Shown: positions 29,798 through 40,782, numbered from the stretch's first letter. The stretch: DNA of 64,000 nt from Gemmatimonadaceae bacterium (GCA_044224875.1 JBGAJQ010000017.1:16059-80058); one strand, 5' to 3'. Numbers and translations are program-made. Notes: generated by a model from the letters alone, not told the origin.

Positions 29798-31772
29798 CTA
29801 TCGGGCCATGGTCCCCCGCCAGGACAACGACGCGAACAGCTGACGTCCGGTGTACCCTGGCCACGACACGCCGAGCTGCTTGTCGAAGAGATTCGTGACA
29901 CCAATCGAGGCTTCGAGATCGCCGGGAAGAGATCGTGTGATTCGCGCATCTGAACGAGCGTACGCCGCGCGCTCCGTCGTGCCGCCAGCCGCCGAGCGAT
30001 CGATTGGCGTACGACCCACCCAGGCACTGGTCAGCGAGGCACGCAGGCCCGCGACCAAGGGGCCGTCCGCGGTGAGCCGCAAGGTCGATGCAGGGCGTCC
30101 AAGCAATGGAAGCCCGGTCGCGTTGTCCTTGGTGTGCGTCCACGCCGCGGAGCCGTCCAGGCGCCAGCGACCCACGAACACGCCAGCTTCACCCTCTATC
30201 CCGCGTGTCTGACCGCGGTCGATGTTCCCATAGGTGTACACGCCAGCCGCGTCCGGAGCGCCGAATTCGATGAAGTTGCGATAGTCGTTCGCGAACAGCG
30301 ACGCATGTGCATACACCTCGGCGCCATCCCACTCGAAGCCTAACGATATCGACGTCGATTCTTCCGGCTTGAGGTCTGCATTGCCGCGAACGGCATAGCC
30401 GGCGGACGCGTTGACGAAATCGTAGTACAACTCCTTGAAGTCCGGGGCACGAAAACCCCGTCCGGCGGTGGCGCGCAATGCGAGGCTCGGATAGGGACGC
30501 CACATCGCCGCCAATCGCGGCGCGACGAACTGACCCCACCGGTCGCTCGAGGTGACGCGCACCCCCGGCGAGAGTTGGACGGCACCCAAGGTCGTGGCGA
30601 CCTGCACGAAGGGCTCGACCGACCGGATTCTCGTCACGTCAGCCACAACACGGTCGGCGGATATCTGTTCTTGCCGGACATCGATCCCGGCATCGACAGC
30701 ACCGGCGCGGGTCGGCCGGCTGTACAGCAAGGAAGCCGTTCCCAGGGTCTGCAGGTCCTTGGCCCCCGAATCGGCAACCGGTTCGCCAAGGGTACTGGCT
30801 CGTGACAGGTGGTCGAATCGCGAGAGGGCGAGCGAACTCGTCAGGCGTCCGCTTCCCACCGCAATCACGCTCGTCAGGTGCGACGCTAGCTGGGTGTTGT
30901 CGGCGAAGTGGAAGAGCTGTCCGGTTCGGTACCGTTGGCGCTCGCCGATCCACAGGGTCCCAACCTCGTAGCGGTGCGACGAGTCGGGCTCCCACCGCAG
31001 CGTACCGTTCGCATCCCAGCGCCGCGCCAGCGTACCGGCATCGCCGGCCACGCCTGGCGTCAGGTCGATCCCTCGGTGTCCGCCATTCACGATCGCTGAC
31101 CATTCGCCGTGTCGCCAACCAGCCTCACCCGCCACCTCGCGCCGCCCGACACTGCCAACCGTCGACTGCAACGCACCGGTGAAAGCGTCCTGCTCCGGCG
31201 GTCGCCGGGTGATGATGTTGATGACACCGCCAATGGCGTCGGAACCATAGAGCGTCGATTGGGGCCCTTTGACGACTTCGATGCGTTCGACCGCCCCGAG
31301 GGGAAGGCGCGACAGGTCGAAGTTGCCATTGAGCCTCCCCGTCATTGGTTGCCCATCCAGCAGTACGAGCACCCGACGGGAGTCGAATCCGCGGATCTGC
31401 GCGCCGGCACCCGCCGGCACGCCACCATCGAGTTGAATGCCAGCGCGTTCCGTGATCGCCGAAGCCACGTCACTAGCGCCCGACGAGTGTGGATACGCTT
31501 TCCGGGTGTACGGTCGCCACCAACTGCGAAGGCACAAAGCCGGGGAAGCGGATGTGAATCGTCCGCTGACCCGGCCGAACCCCGTCGAATCGATAGGCGC
31601 CTTGTTCGTTGGCGCGCACTCGGCGCGCGCTGTCGAGCATGACCTCGGCCGCCACCGGGATGCCCGTCGTGGCATCCCGGATGTGGCCGGCGATGACGCC
31701 TGTCCCCTGGGCGGTGGCGTTGCCAGCCACCGTGGCCACGAGGACGACGCCGAACCATCGCCGCGTTCGCAT
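29798..31772 (-). pseudogene. TonB-dependent receptor, frameshift/deletion near 31480
   Basis: The N-terminal signal peptide and CarboxypepD_reg domain (31473-31772) are in a different frame from the plug/barrel (IRGF...VLLDGQP, ERIEVVKGPQSTLYGSDAIGGVINII, NLFD). Confidence 0.85.
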
Positions 31773-31775
31773 CGT

Positions 31776-32748
31776 CTATCGGAGTTTTCGGTACCGGATC
31801 GAGATCTGGCGCGAGGCCCCATTGGTACCGTAGTAGCCCGTCAGCTGCACTTTGTAGACGGCGTTCCCCTTCTTCAACAAGTAGACATTGAAGGTCGGCC
31901 AGATCTGGTTGTCGCTGCCGGTGATGTTGTACTTGTACCACTTGTTGGTGCTGAACACACCGCCGAACTCGTCGGTGCGGTAGGCCTGGACGGGTGCCGT
32001 GGCCGCGTAGGTGGCGTCGATCGAGCCGAATGGCGTGGAATTGTCCGGCACGGCCATCACGCCACCGCTGCCGCTCACTCCGCCGTTCACCTTGATCGCG
32101 TAACCGCTGAAGGCGATGTCCCACTGCGCCGCCGTCGAGACGGCTCCGGCGGCGAGGTCGAAGTAGACCGGGTTCGCGCCGACCGTCACCGTCTTCGTCT
32201 GCACCGCGCCGAAAGCCGACCCTGTCGACGGCTGCAACGCATACTCGAACGTCACGGACCCCGGACTCGTCGTGGTCGCCCCCTGGATCGCCGTCACACG
32301 GAACTTCCCAAGGATGACGCTGGTGGTTCCCTTGCGAATGATCCACGCCAGCGATGGAGTGACGGACACGCCCGGCGCGGCCCCGCTATACCACCCCGCG
32401 ATCACCGGCGAGAGATTGTCCGCCTTGAATGATCCATCGGCCGGAATCTCGGTGGCGGTCACGGCGTCGAAGGCCGCCAGTTGGTTGTCGGGCGTCATGG
32501 CTTGCAGCTGCGCGGCGCTGGCCTGGGAATTCTGGCAGATGCAGTAGCCAGCCACTGACCCCGGACCTGCCACGCCGCCATTCAATGAAACCGGCTGGAT
32601 CGCCGAAGGCGACGTACGCAAACTGTTGTGAGGCGTCGACCGTCAGGGTCTGCGTGGTCGGTGTGGGAGCGGGGGCGGTGGAATCGGTTCCGCACGCTGC
32701 CGCACCCATCAGCCACAGCGGGAACCCGAGCCTAACGAACGATCGCAT
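31776..32748 (-). pseudogene. HmuY-like lipoprotein, frameshift/deletion near 32590
   Basis: AAAC lipobox and TLTVDASQQFAYV in one frame; WDIAFSGYAIKVNGG, WYKYNI and YKVQLTGYY (HmuY-like) in another. Confidence 0.75.
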
Positions 32749-33008
32749 ACTGGAGACCTCCGGTCGCCGCTCGTCGCCCGCTCGTTGCGCGCGTCGCCCG
32801 ACGAATGCCCATGTGAGTGAGGTTGATGCCGAACAACGCGTTCTCGAACGACGCATCGGTATCGCCAAACCGAGTTGTCGCTCCAACGACGCCAGCGGCA
32901 TCGGGCCCCAAGGGCGCGAGAATGGAGAGGCAGGCCACCGGATTCGGCATGCGAGGAGTATTGACGACTCCGCCGCTACTGCCCATTCGGACTTCTACGT
33001 ACGGGGTA

Positions 33009-33683
33009 CTACGGAGCCCCGTCCCCGCGGAGGAGGCCAGCTTCGATCGCGAATCGCGTAAGTGCTGCTGGCGAGCGAAGTTGGAGCTTTCGCATGAGCG
33101 AGTCGCGATGCGACTCCACGGTCCGGACCGAGATCCCCAACGCCGCGCCGATTTCCTTGTTCATTTGGCCGCGCGCGATCCCCTGCAACACCTCGCGCTC
33201 GCGGTTGGTCAGTTCGGCCAAGGCCGCGGCGGACGACGCCGTTCCCGCGGCTGGCGTGGAGGCGCGCAGCGCATCCGTCAGGTGGCGCGCCACGCCCGGA
33301 CTGAAATACGCATCGCCACCGTGCACCGCGCGCACCGCCGCACGCAGGTCGGCGGGGGTGGTGTCCTTGCGCAGGTAGCCGTGAGCTCCCGCCTGCACCC
33401 CCTCCAGCACAAACTCGCGATCGTCGTTCACACTCAGCATCAACACCCGCACCCGGGGATGCGCATCACGCAGCTGGGCGGCCACCCATAGCCCGGACTC
33501 GTCAGGCAGGTTGATGTCGAGCAATACCACGTCGGGTTCTGTCTCTCCTACGACTTCCAGGGCACGTCGCGCCGTGGCGGCTTCTCCCGTCACCTCGAAT
33601 CCCGGATCGGCCATCAGGACCTGCCGCACGCCCTCGCGCACCACGGCGTGGTCATCGACGAGGACCACTCGAATCGGCGACAT
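33009..33683 (-). CDS. NarL/LuxR family response regulator
   Basis: VDDH...LLDINLP receiver domain and LTNREREVL...NKEIG...TVESHR HTH. Confidence 0.95.
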   Translation of the reverse strand: MSPIRVVLVDDHAVVREGVRQVLMADPGFEVTGEAATARRALEVVGETEPDVVLLDINLPDESGLWVAAQLRDAHPRVRVLMLSVNDDREFVLEGVQAGAHGYLRKDTTPADLRAAVRAVHGGDAYFSPGVARHLTDALRASTPAAGTASSAAALAELTNREREVLQGIARGQMNKEIGAALGISVRTVESHRDSLMRKLQLRSPAALTRFAIEAGLLRGDGAP

Positions 33684-35476
33684 CAGGCAGTCCCCCCGGC
33701 GCGTTCTCCCGGCAGCTCGACACGCACGACGGTCCCATCGGCGCTGGAGACGGTCAATGTCCCGCCCAGGGTCGTGACGCGTTCGCGCATGCCGGCGAGG
33801 CCGGTACCCATCGCGTCCGGCATCGCCCCACTGAGTCCTCGGCCGTTGTCACTGACGTCGAGCACGATCGCTTGTGGCGAGGCTCGCAATCCCACGTGCA
33901 CGCGCGTCGCGTCGGCGTGACGGACCACGTTGCTCAAGGACTCCTGCAGCACGCGATAGAGCACCAACTCCACGTCGTCTCCCGGTCTCGGCAGCTGCGA
34001 CGGCAGGTCGAGCTCGATCTCGAGTCCGCACCGGGCCGCGACTTCGGTTGCCAGGGAACGCAAGGCCGGCAGGAGGCCGAGCTCGTCGAGCAGCACCGGG
34101 CGTAGCGACTCGGTGACGGAGCGAATGCTCATCATCCCGTCATCCACCAGACCGACGATACGCTGCAGGGCTCCCGAGGTTGCGGCGTCCGATCGTTCCT
34201 GGAGTATGCCCAGCTGCAACTTCACGGCCGAGAAGACTTGTGCGGTTTCGTCGTGCAGCTCGCGCGACAGGCGGCGGCGTTCGCTCTCATGCTCGCGCAC
34301 GGTGGCCGCCGAGAGCCGCGCCAGCTCGTCACTCCGCTCCTTCAGGCGCTGCGTCAAGGCCGCGGTGCGGAGGGCGCCGCCAATCTGCGTGCCCAGGGTG
34401 ACCAGGAAGCCGGCATCGAGGGCGGCGAATGGATCGCGCCAGTCGCCGACGATGATCAGCGCACCGTCAGGCGCACCCGCCGTCGCCACGGCGAGCACCG
34501 CCACGTAGGCGTACGTGGGGCCATCCACACTCGTCCCCCGCGCCGCGCCGTTCGCCCCGCCCTGCACCGCCCGCTCCTCATGGAGCACGTGTGGCTGTCC
34601 CGTGGCCATCGCCGCGAGCACTGCGTGCTCCACGGCCGGTGTAAGCGCCGCCCCCTTCCAACCCGCGCATTCGCCGGCCCCTTGCCGGAGGGCGACGTGG
34701 CTGAGGTCGCGAGTGAAGTATGCGGCCCCACGCGTCGCCGGCAGCTCCAATGCCCGGCCCAGCAGAGTTCCGATGGCGCTGTCCACGGAGGCTCCAACCG
34801 CGCTTCCCGAGAGCGCCGCGAGTGCGCCAAACCCCTGCCGCAAGTCGTCGAGCACCAGCACCGTCAAGGCCGTCGCCGTGGCCAACAGAAACGCCACATC
34901 CAGATAATAGCCCCACGGCGTCCAGGCACCGCGGGCTCGCAGGAAGGGGTAGTCGAGATGATGCACCGCCCACAGGATCTGCGTTGCCGCCAGCAGCAAC
35001 GCCCCGGGTGAACGGACCCGCCTCCAGTACGCCGCAAACAACCACCCGGTGTACGCCGTGACCGCACTGAGCAGGATCACCGACAAGAGTGCGGCGATCA
35101 GGAAGCTCTTCATCACGTACAGGGCGATGAACGAGAAGACCACCGGCACCAGCAGCGTCGCCGTGTACAGCGGACGGAAGGTCAACTGTCGGGAGAAGGA
35201 CAGCGCCGCCCACAGCAACGCGAGGGCAGTCCGCACCCCGTCAGGACTTGATGCAGATACAACCACACGCCCTGCTTGCGGGCGAGGTACATCGAGATCA
35301 CGCCGATGTAGCGAATACGCGAACCACCCGATGGCAAACTCAGGATGAAGTACGGCTTTTGTACCGACGGTGCAGGAACCTCGCATACCCGGACAGCCCT
35401 AACGCGACCGCCGCCTGCAAGACGGCGGCATCGAGTTCGGCGCTACGGCCGGGATGGCGGAGGTCAGCTCCTGCAC
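33683..35476 (-). CDS. HisKA_3 sensor histidine kinase with 7TM-like sensor; 5' region frameshifted
   Basis: ERRRLSRELHDE, QESLSNVVRH, DNGRG and GLAGMRER. The GGAGG-GTG start at 35476 and hydrophobic segments can only be joined through several single-base frame changes at about 35220-35450. Confidence 0.85.
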
Positions 35477-35532
35477 GCCTCCAAACTAGAGTCGCGCTCT
35501 CCCGAGTGCACCTGTCTCACGACGTGCCAACA

Positions 35533-35564
35533 TGAAGCGGTCGCCCGGCAGGGCGACCGCTTCA
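35533..35564 (-). terminator. 14-bp hairpin downstream of HAF paralogue
   Basis: TGAAGCGGTCGCCC-ggca-GGGCGACCGCTTCA perfect inverted repeat. Confidence 0.6.
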
Positions 35565-35585
35565 GCTCACAGCAATGCGTCGGCG

Positions 35586-36680
35586 TCAATCACACGGCAT
35601 GTTCTGCCATCGGGTCGCGCGCACCAACCCGTTGACGTACGTCGTTGAGCCCACCGCGTCGCCGCAACGGTTGACCTCACGCGCATCGCTGGTGACGGTT
35701 CCGCCGATGAATGGCAGGAAGATGAAGGCCCCCGGGCCTCGCTTGGTGATGGCGCGACGATTGGCGCCGAGCGGCGCCCAGCCCACCATCCGGCCGAGAT
35801 CGGAGATCCCCATGCCTCGCGAGCCCGCGGTTGGCGCACCAGCCATGGCACCGGGAAGTCGACGCGCCATCGCCACCACGGTGCCGGCACCCGTTGTCGA
35901 CTCGCCCACCGTTGTACGAAAACTGTTGATGTCGTAGCCGTGCGAGTCCGTTCCACCGGGCAATGCCCCAAGGTCCACAAATCCTCCTGCCGCGCTCCAC
36001 ATCACGGCATGCTCTGGCCCCCCGAACATCTTGGCCCATCCGGTGATGTCTCCATTCGGCGCGATAGCCTCGGCGTGGCTGCTGAGGTAGCCCGCGGGAT
36101 GAATGTCCTGATACCCTGTCGCCGGCTGCCAACGAAAGGCATGCACGTTGCCGGCGTTGGTGAACTCGCCGACCACCAGCAGGTTGTTGTCCTCGATGTC
36201 ACGCGCGTCGAGATCGGTTGTACCTGCCGGCCCATTCAGGATGTTGAAGCCAATACCACCAACCTGCCATACGAATCCGCGGCGCCCAGCCGCGTTGTAT
36301 GCCGAGCCGACGACGGCGTTGAAATCGGAGATCGCATTGCCCACGGCGGCGGTGTACCCGGCCGGGACGCCAAGGTCGACCGGGACGGCGCCGGCCGGCC
36401 ATACCGTCACGCGTCCGTCCGTGATCGGATCGGCGTTGTAGCTGACGCCCGCCGCATCGCCGGCGATGTTGTTGCCATTCGCGATGCTGTTGTTCCGCCC
36501 AGGCGTCGTGCCCAAGTTGATCACGACAAAGACGTTGATGCTTGCATCGCCCTCACTTGCCGACACACTGGCGTCTGCCGGCGGCACACGCGGTGCCGAT
36601 GGGGCGTCCGAACATGCCGCCATCCCCGCCAGCGACAATCCCAACCCCACCCTCATCCAGCCATTGCTAGAACCACGCAT
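35586..36680 (-). CDS. HAF-repeat extracellular lipoprotein
   Basis: AGGAGG RBS, MAAC lipobox, HAFRW and HAVMW repeats, C-terminal VNRCG...W..MPCD. Confidence 0.85.
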   Translation of the reverse strand: MRGSSNGWMRVGLGLSLAGMAACSDAPSAPRVPPADASVSASEGDASINVFVVINLGTTPGRNNSIANGNNIAGDAAGVSYNADPITDGRVTVWPAGAVPVDLGVPAGYTAAVGNAISDFNAVVGSAYNAAGRRGFVWQVGGIGFNILNGPAGTTDLDARDIEDNNLLVVGEFTNAGNVHAFRWQPATGYQDIHPAGYLSSHAEAIAPNGDITGWAKMFGGPEHAVMWSAAGGFVDLGALPGGTDSHGYDINSFRTTVGESTTGAGTVVAMARRLPGAMAGAPTAGSRGMGISDLGRMVGWAPLGANRRAITKRGPGAFIFLPFIGGTVTSDAREVNRCGDAVGSTTYVNGLVRATRWQNMPCD

Positions 36681-36827
36681 ATCCCCTCCTCGCTGATGTC
36701 TGCCGCCGCGTCGTGCGCACAGTGCGTCCACGTCATGCGGCGTTGCCAGAGGAGGCGTCATTCGATGCACGCGATGGACATTGCGCCCACGGCCGAGGGT
36801 GCTTTGGCGATGGGTCACCCCTAACGC

Positions 36828-36858
36828 GAAGGCCGGCACCCACGGGGCACCGGCCTTC
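36828..36858 (-). terminator. Hairpin between HAF paralogues
   Basis: On the minus strand GAAGGCCGGTGCCC-cgt-GGGTGCCGGCCTTC (with G-U pairs), 25 nt after the stop at 36883. Confidence 0.55.
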
Positions 36859-36882
36859 ACAGGAATGCAGGGACACACCCGA

Positions 36883-37968
36883 TCAGTCACAGGGGTTGTT
36901 CACCCAGGCGACCGCCCTGGTAAGACCCGTAACCGAATTGCGAACCGAGCCGGCAATCGACCCGCAGACGTTGACCGCGTTGCCCTCACTGCTGTTGAAG
37001 CCGCCGGGCAGGGGAAGAATGGCGGCGGGCCCCGCACCGAACTTGGTCCATGCGCGCCGCACCGGCCCGGGCGTCGTGTAACCCGTCAGGCGCAAGAGGT
37101 CGGACACACCCTGGATCGCCGTGTTGTTCGTTGGATTGGACTGGAAACCCGTCGCATTGCGATACAGGAACGGCAAGGTGGCAACCGGACCGCCAGCTAC
37201 ACCGCCAATCGCCCCACCCACGTTGATATCCTGACCCTCGCTGTACGTTGTGCCGACGAGGAGCCCGAGGTCATTGAACACGCCAGCCGGTGTCCAACGC
37301 GCCAGATGGCGATCGCCGTTGGGAAGCGACGCCCACCCGACCACGGTCCCACCCGCATTGATCGCCTCCGCGTGGCTCTCGACCCACACTCCCGCTGGAT
37401 GCAAGTCCACGTAGCCACCGGCCACGGTGTAACGGAAGGCGTGACGGATACCCGCGGGTCCCTGTACACCACCCACCACCACGTTGGCCACATTGACGTC
37501 CCGCGCCTCGAGACGTGTTGTGCCTGGCGGGCCGCTCAGCACATTTAGGCCGCCGGGCGGTCCCCAGAAGCCCCGCACGCCTGCCGGGCTGGAAAGGACC
37601 CCGGCGGCGATGCCGGCAGCGTTCACCGCGTAGGCCACCCCCGCCGTTGCCGGTGCTGGCACACCATAATCGAGTGCGGCTGCACCAAACCAAACCGTTG
37701 GGCGCCCATCGATCATGGGGTCCACGACGTAGCTCACCCCGGCGACCCTGCCCGCCACCTCATTGTCGAACCCTTCCGAATTCAACTTCCCAGGCAAAGG
37801 AAGCAGCTGCGTGATGGTGAACGCCGCGACCCGCGAATCGTCGATGGCGAACGAGACGTCGTCGGCTCCCAGAAGAGGCGATGTTGTTGCTGTCGGCTGA
37901 TCCGAACAGGCAACAAGCGTGAGCAGTGCGAGCGTCGCTGCGGCAACCCGGTGGTGCATGTGGTGCAT
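36883..37968 (-). CDS. HAF-repeat extracellular lipoprotein (tandem paralogue)
   Basis: AGGAG RBS, LVAC lipobox, HAFRY repeat, C-terminal VNVCG...W..NPCD; collinear with 35586-36680. Confidence 0.85.
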   Translation of the reverse strand: MHHMHHRVAAATLALLTLVACSDQPTATTSPLLGADDVSFAIDDSRVAAFTITQLLPLPGKLNSEGFDNEVAGRVAGVSYVVDPMIDGRPTVWFGAAALDYGVPAPATAGVAYAVNAAGIAAGVLSSPAGVRGFWGPPGGLNVLSGPPGTTRLEARDVNVANVVVGGVQGPAGIRHAFRYTVAGGYVDLHPAGVWVESHAEAINAGGTVVGWASLPNGDRHLARWTPAGVFNDLGLLVGTTYSEGQDINVGGAIGGVAGGPVATLPFLYRNATGFQSNPTNNTAIQGVSDLLRLTGYTTPGPVRRAWTKFGAGPAAILPLPGGFNSSEGNAVNVCGSIAGSVRNSVTGLTRAVAWVNNPCD

Positions 37969-38400
37969 GGTACGATCTCCTGAGGAGTGATTGGGGGTAC
38001 CGTCGCCCGCTCCAGCCAGCGGAGCGCGCCCTGACGTTTCGCCCGGACGCTGGGGGCAGCGCCTCTGCAGTTTTTGAACCTGTGGTCAATGCTCGGGATT
38101 TGTGCCCTGTGGGCCGGCTGGCGACGCGGCGCGCCCAGGGATCACTCAAGGCGGATGCCCGAACCGACCGGTGATACGTCTAGCGACGAGGGCGCGTCAC
38201 CGCTCCGCGACATCGCGGCACATGCCAGTGCGGCGAAGCGACGTCCTCAGGCAATACGTCGGTTGCAACCGGGCCTCACGCGCCGCGGGTGTAGCTGCGC
38301 CTCGGCAGGTAGTGTGGCGCTTGAGTGGCGACGATCTCCAGTTGCCGTCGATGGCCGCCCAGTCGATTGCGGCTGGCGGTTCGTGCGGGCCCAAAGCGAA

Positions 38401-38432
38401 GCGGCCGGTTGCTCGCAAGAGCAACCGGCCGC
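38401..38432 (-). terminator. Intrinsic terminator after the sigma/anti-sigma pair
   Basis: GCGGCCGGTTGCTC-gcaa-GAGCAACCGGCCGC 14-bp stem, followed by TTCGCTTT on the minus strand. Confidence 0.65.
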
Positions 38433-38467
38433 CACATCGAAGACAAGCGCGGGTACGCTGGCTTCGC

Positions 38468-38893
38468 TTAACGCAGCGCCAGTGCGTTCATCACCAGCAT
38501 GCCGAGGGCGAAGATGCCAACGGCAGCGGCGATCGCGGTCACGGGCGACATCTGCAAAGGTTTCTTGAAGGTGGACGCCGTGGTGCGGGCCGTCTCGATC
38601 GGCAGCAGCGCAGCCATGATCTTCGCCGGGATGTGCGCGGGCGTCATCATGTGGCGACGACGGTCCGTTTCCTCCCCGATGCGACGCCAGAACTCGACCG
38701 ACCGCGCGGACTCGCCGCGCAGGTCCGCAGGTTCCGGCAATTCGCCATCCAACCAACGATTGATGACATCAGATGTAGCGATCGGCGCCAAGGGCACCTC
38801 TCGATCTGCCTGAGAGTCCCGAATCTCCACGATTCGGGCGCTCACGAGAAGGCTCGCTGTGGCCGCCGCGCTCGAAAGTGCTTTTCGGGCATT
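38468..38893 (-). CDS. Putative anti-sigma factor (single C-terminal TM helix); start uncertain, possibly frameshifted
   Basis: INRWLDGEL motif and C-terminal hydrophobic helix, directly downstream of the ECF sigma. The ATG overlapping the sigma stop is out of frame with the body. Confidence 0.6.
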   Translation of the reverse strand, partial: NARKALSSAAATASLLVSARIVEIRDSQADREVPLAPIATSDVINRWLDGELPEPADLRGESARSVEFWRRIGEETDRRRHMMTPAHIPAKIMAALLPIETARTTASTFKKPLQMSPVTAIAAAVGIFALGMLVMNALALR

Positions 38894-39431
38894 AGGCGTA
38901 TTTCTCCTCTGGAAACCCTTGGAGCGCTTCACGCGCGCGATGAACGCGCATCTTCAGAGCCCCGACGGTGGTGTTCAAAAAATCAGCCATTTCCTCGTAC
39001 GACCGCCCCTCGACATGCTTCATCACGAATGCTTCGCGCAACGACGTTGGAAGCTTCGCAAGCGCGGCGTCGAGATCATCACGCAGCTCCGTGCGGTCGA
39101 GTTCCTCCTCCGGGTTCGCGTAGCCGGTCGGCTGGTCATCTTCGTCGTAGCTGACATGCGTGCGACGAAATGTTCTTCAGCCAGTCCTTGCAGCCATTCG
39201 CGACGATCCGAAGACCCAGGCGTCAAAGCGACCGCGCACCTCGGAGAGGTGGTGATACGCTTTGATGAAAGACATCTGGAGGATGTCTTCCGCAACGTCC
39301 GGACTTCCGGTCATGCCCAAGGCATGCCGATAGAGCGGGTCGCTGTAGCGCTGGATGAGGATCGAGAATGACTCGCGATGTCCGTCCAGGACCCGCGAGA
39401 TGATCTCTTGGTCGGCCTCCAACTGGTCCAT
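38892..39431 (-). pseudogene. ECF-type RNA polymerase sigma factor with compensating -1/+1 indels
   Basis: Region 2 (DVAEDILQMSFIKAY...FDAWVF) and region 4 (LREAFVMKHVEGRSYEEMA...VGALKMRVHRAREAL) are in the same frame. The intervening RIVANGCKDWLKNI (about 39170-39212) is shifted, creating a stop at 39177. Confidence 0.85.
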
Positions 39432-39573
39432 CGATGAGGGCGTCGGCACCGTCGTCTTCACGGTGCTATGGTAACCGCTTTTACGGCCTCTCGACAGTCC
39501 TTTGGATGCGCTCGGTTGGGTCAGGAGTAGAGTCACGTCTGCATGACGAGCACCCCTGTACGGGAGTAACACC

Positions 39574-40686
39574 CTACGGTATGGTGTTTTCCCCGGCAAA
39601 ACGCTCAAAGGCGCGCCAGCCAAATGCGCGAATCAATGCGCCATGTTCGTTGAGTTTTGGAGGTGGGAATCGCACGGACCCGGGAATGGACGGTGCGACT
39701 CCAGTGCGGGGCGAGCAGGGGACGTCATCGAGAGCTTCGCGCACCGTCCGCACGACGCCGCACGGGACCCCTTCCCTGTCCAGCGCCTGCTGCCATTGCG
39801 CCGCCCGGCGCTGTCGCAGACGAGCCTGCAACACTTCCACGACGTGAGCGCGGTGCGCCAATCGGCCCGCATTTGACAGGAGCGCCGCGTCGGACGCCAG
39901 CTCCGTCAGCTCCAACGCTCGACAACAGGCCTGCCACTGCCCATCGTTTCCAACCGCCACCACCAACGAACGATCGCTCGCCGCAAATAGCTGGTACGGC
40001 ACCAGGTTCGCATGTCCATTGCCCCAGCGACGAGCATCGTTGCCCGAGACCAGGACATTCTGCGCCACGTTCACGAGCGCCGCGGTCGCAGAGTGAGCCA
40101 ACGAGACAAAAAGCCGGCGCCTGTCCGCCGGGAGTGCACGGCGCGCAGCCAGCGCTCCCAATACCGCAATCGTCGCGTCCTTTCCGGCAATCACATCGGC
40201 GAGCGCCACACCAACCTTGGACGGTTCTCCCTCGGGAGCACCTGTTATCGACATCCATCCACACTCGGCCTGCACCACGAAGTCGTAGCCAGGGCGATCG
40301 CTCTCTTCGCCAAAGCCGGTAAGCGTGCACCAGACAAGTTCGGGCCGGTTGTGAACCCAGGTGCTGGGGTCGATGCCGCGCCGCTCGAGGGTGCCGGGGC
40401 GGAAGTTGTCCAGCACCACATCTGCCTCCTCAATCAGCCCGCTAAGGACCTCTCGATCGGAGTCGGCATCCAGATCGAGCGCAACGCCGAGCTTGTTTCG
40501 GTTAATGCTCAGGAAGTAGGCGCTTTCGCCGTCCGGATCGAACGGCGGCCCCCAACCACGTGTTTCGTCGCCCGTTCCCGGCCGTTCGACCTTGATCACA
40601 TCGGCTCCGAGATCGCCGAGTGCCATTGAGCACACGGGGCCGGCCAGAACTCTGGTCATGTCGAGAACTTTGTATCCTTTGAGCAT
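39574..40686 (-). CDS. CaiB/BaiF family (class III) CoA-transferase
   Basis: VLDMTRVLAGP, LGADVIKVERPGTGDETR, NRNK, NFRPG and PGYDFVVQA. Confidence 0.93.
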   Translation of the reverse strand: MLKGYKVLDMTRVLAGPVCSMALGDLGADVIKVERPGTGDETRGWGPPFDPDGESAYFLSINRNKLGVALDLDADSDREVLSGLIEEADVVLDNFRPGTLERRGIDPSTWVHNRPELVWCTLTGFGEESDRPGYDFVVQAECGWMSITGAPEGEPSKVGVALADVIAGKDATIAVLGALAARRALPADRRRLFVSLAHSATAALVNVAQNVLVSGNDARRWGNGHANLVPYQLFAASDRSLVVAVGNDGQWQACCRALELTELASDAALLSNAGRLAHRAHVVEVLQARLRQRRAAQWQQALDREGVPCGVVRTVREALDDVPCSPRTGVAPSIPGSVRFPPPKLNEHGALIRAFGWRAFERFAGENTIP

Positions 40687-40782
40687 TTATGTCGCTCTAC
40701 TGTCGCGATGAAGTGATTATATTGTTGCTGATAGTTTGATAGGTCAAATCGGCGGTGCGGCACGAAACTGCCTTACCGCGAC

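Noticed and set aside
32749..33008. Possible cobalamin riboswitch, Fur box or small ORF upstream of the HmuY-like gene; CTACG repeats at 32995 and 33009
   Set aside because: I recognised no riboswitch or Fur consensus, the ORF has no features, and the repeats are too short to support an operator call.
35533..38432. Three GC-rich hairpins as a possible REP/CRISPR-like family
   Set aside because: Their sequences differ and each follows a stop codon, consistent with separate terminators.
39170..39212. Programmed frameshifting or phase variation in the ECF sigma
   Set aside because: There is no slippery heptamer or long homopolymer, and nearby genes show similar indels, which points to consensus error.
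40758..40772. Sigma54-like CGGCACG...TGC
   Set aside because: The GG-to-GC spacing is 9 nt rather than the required 10.
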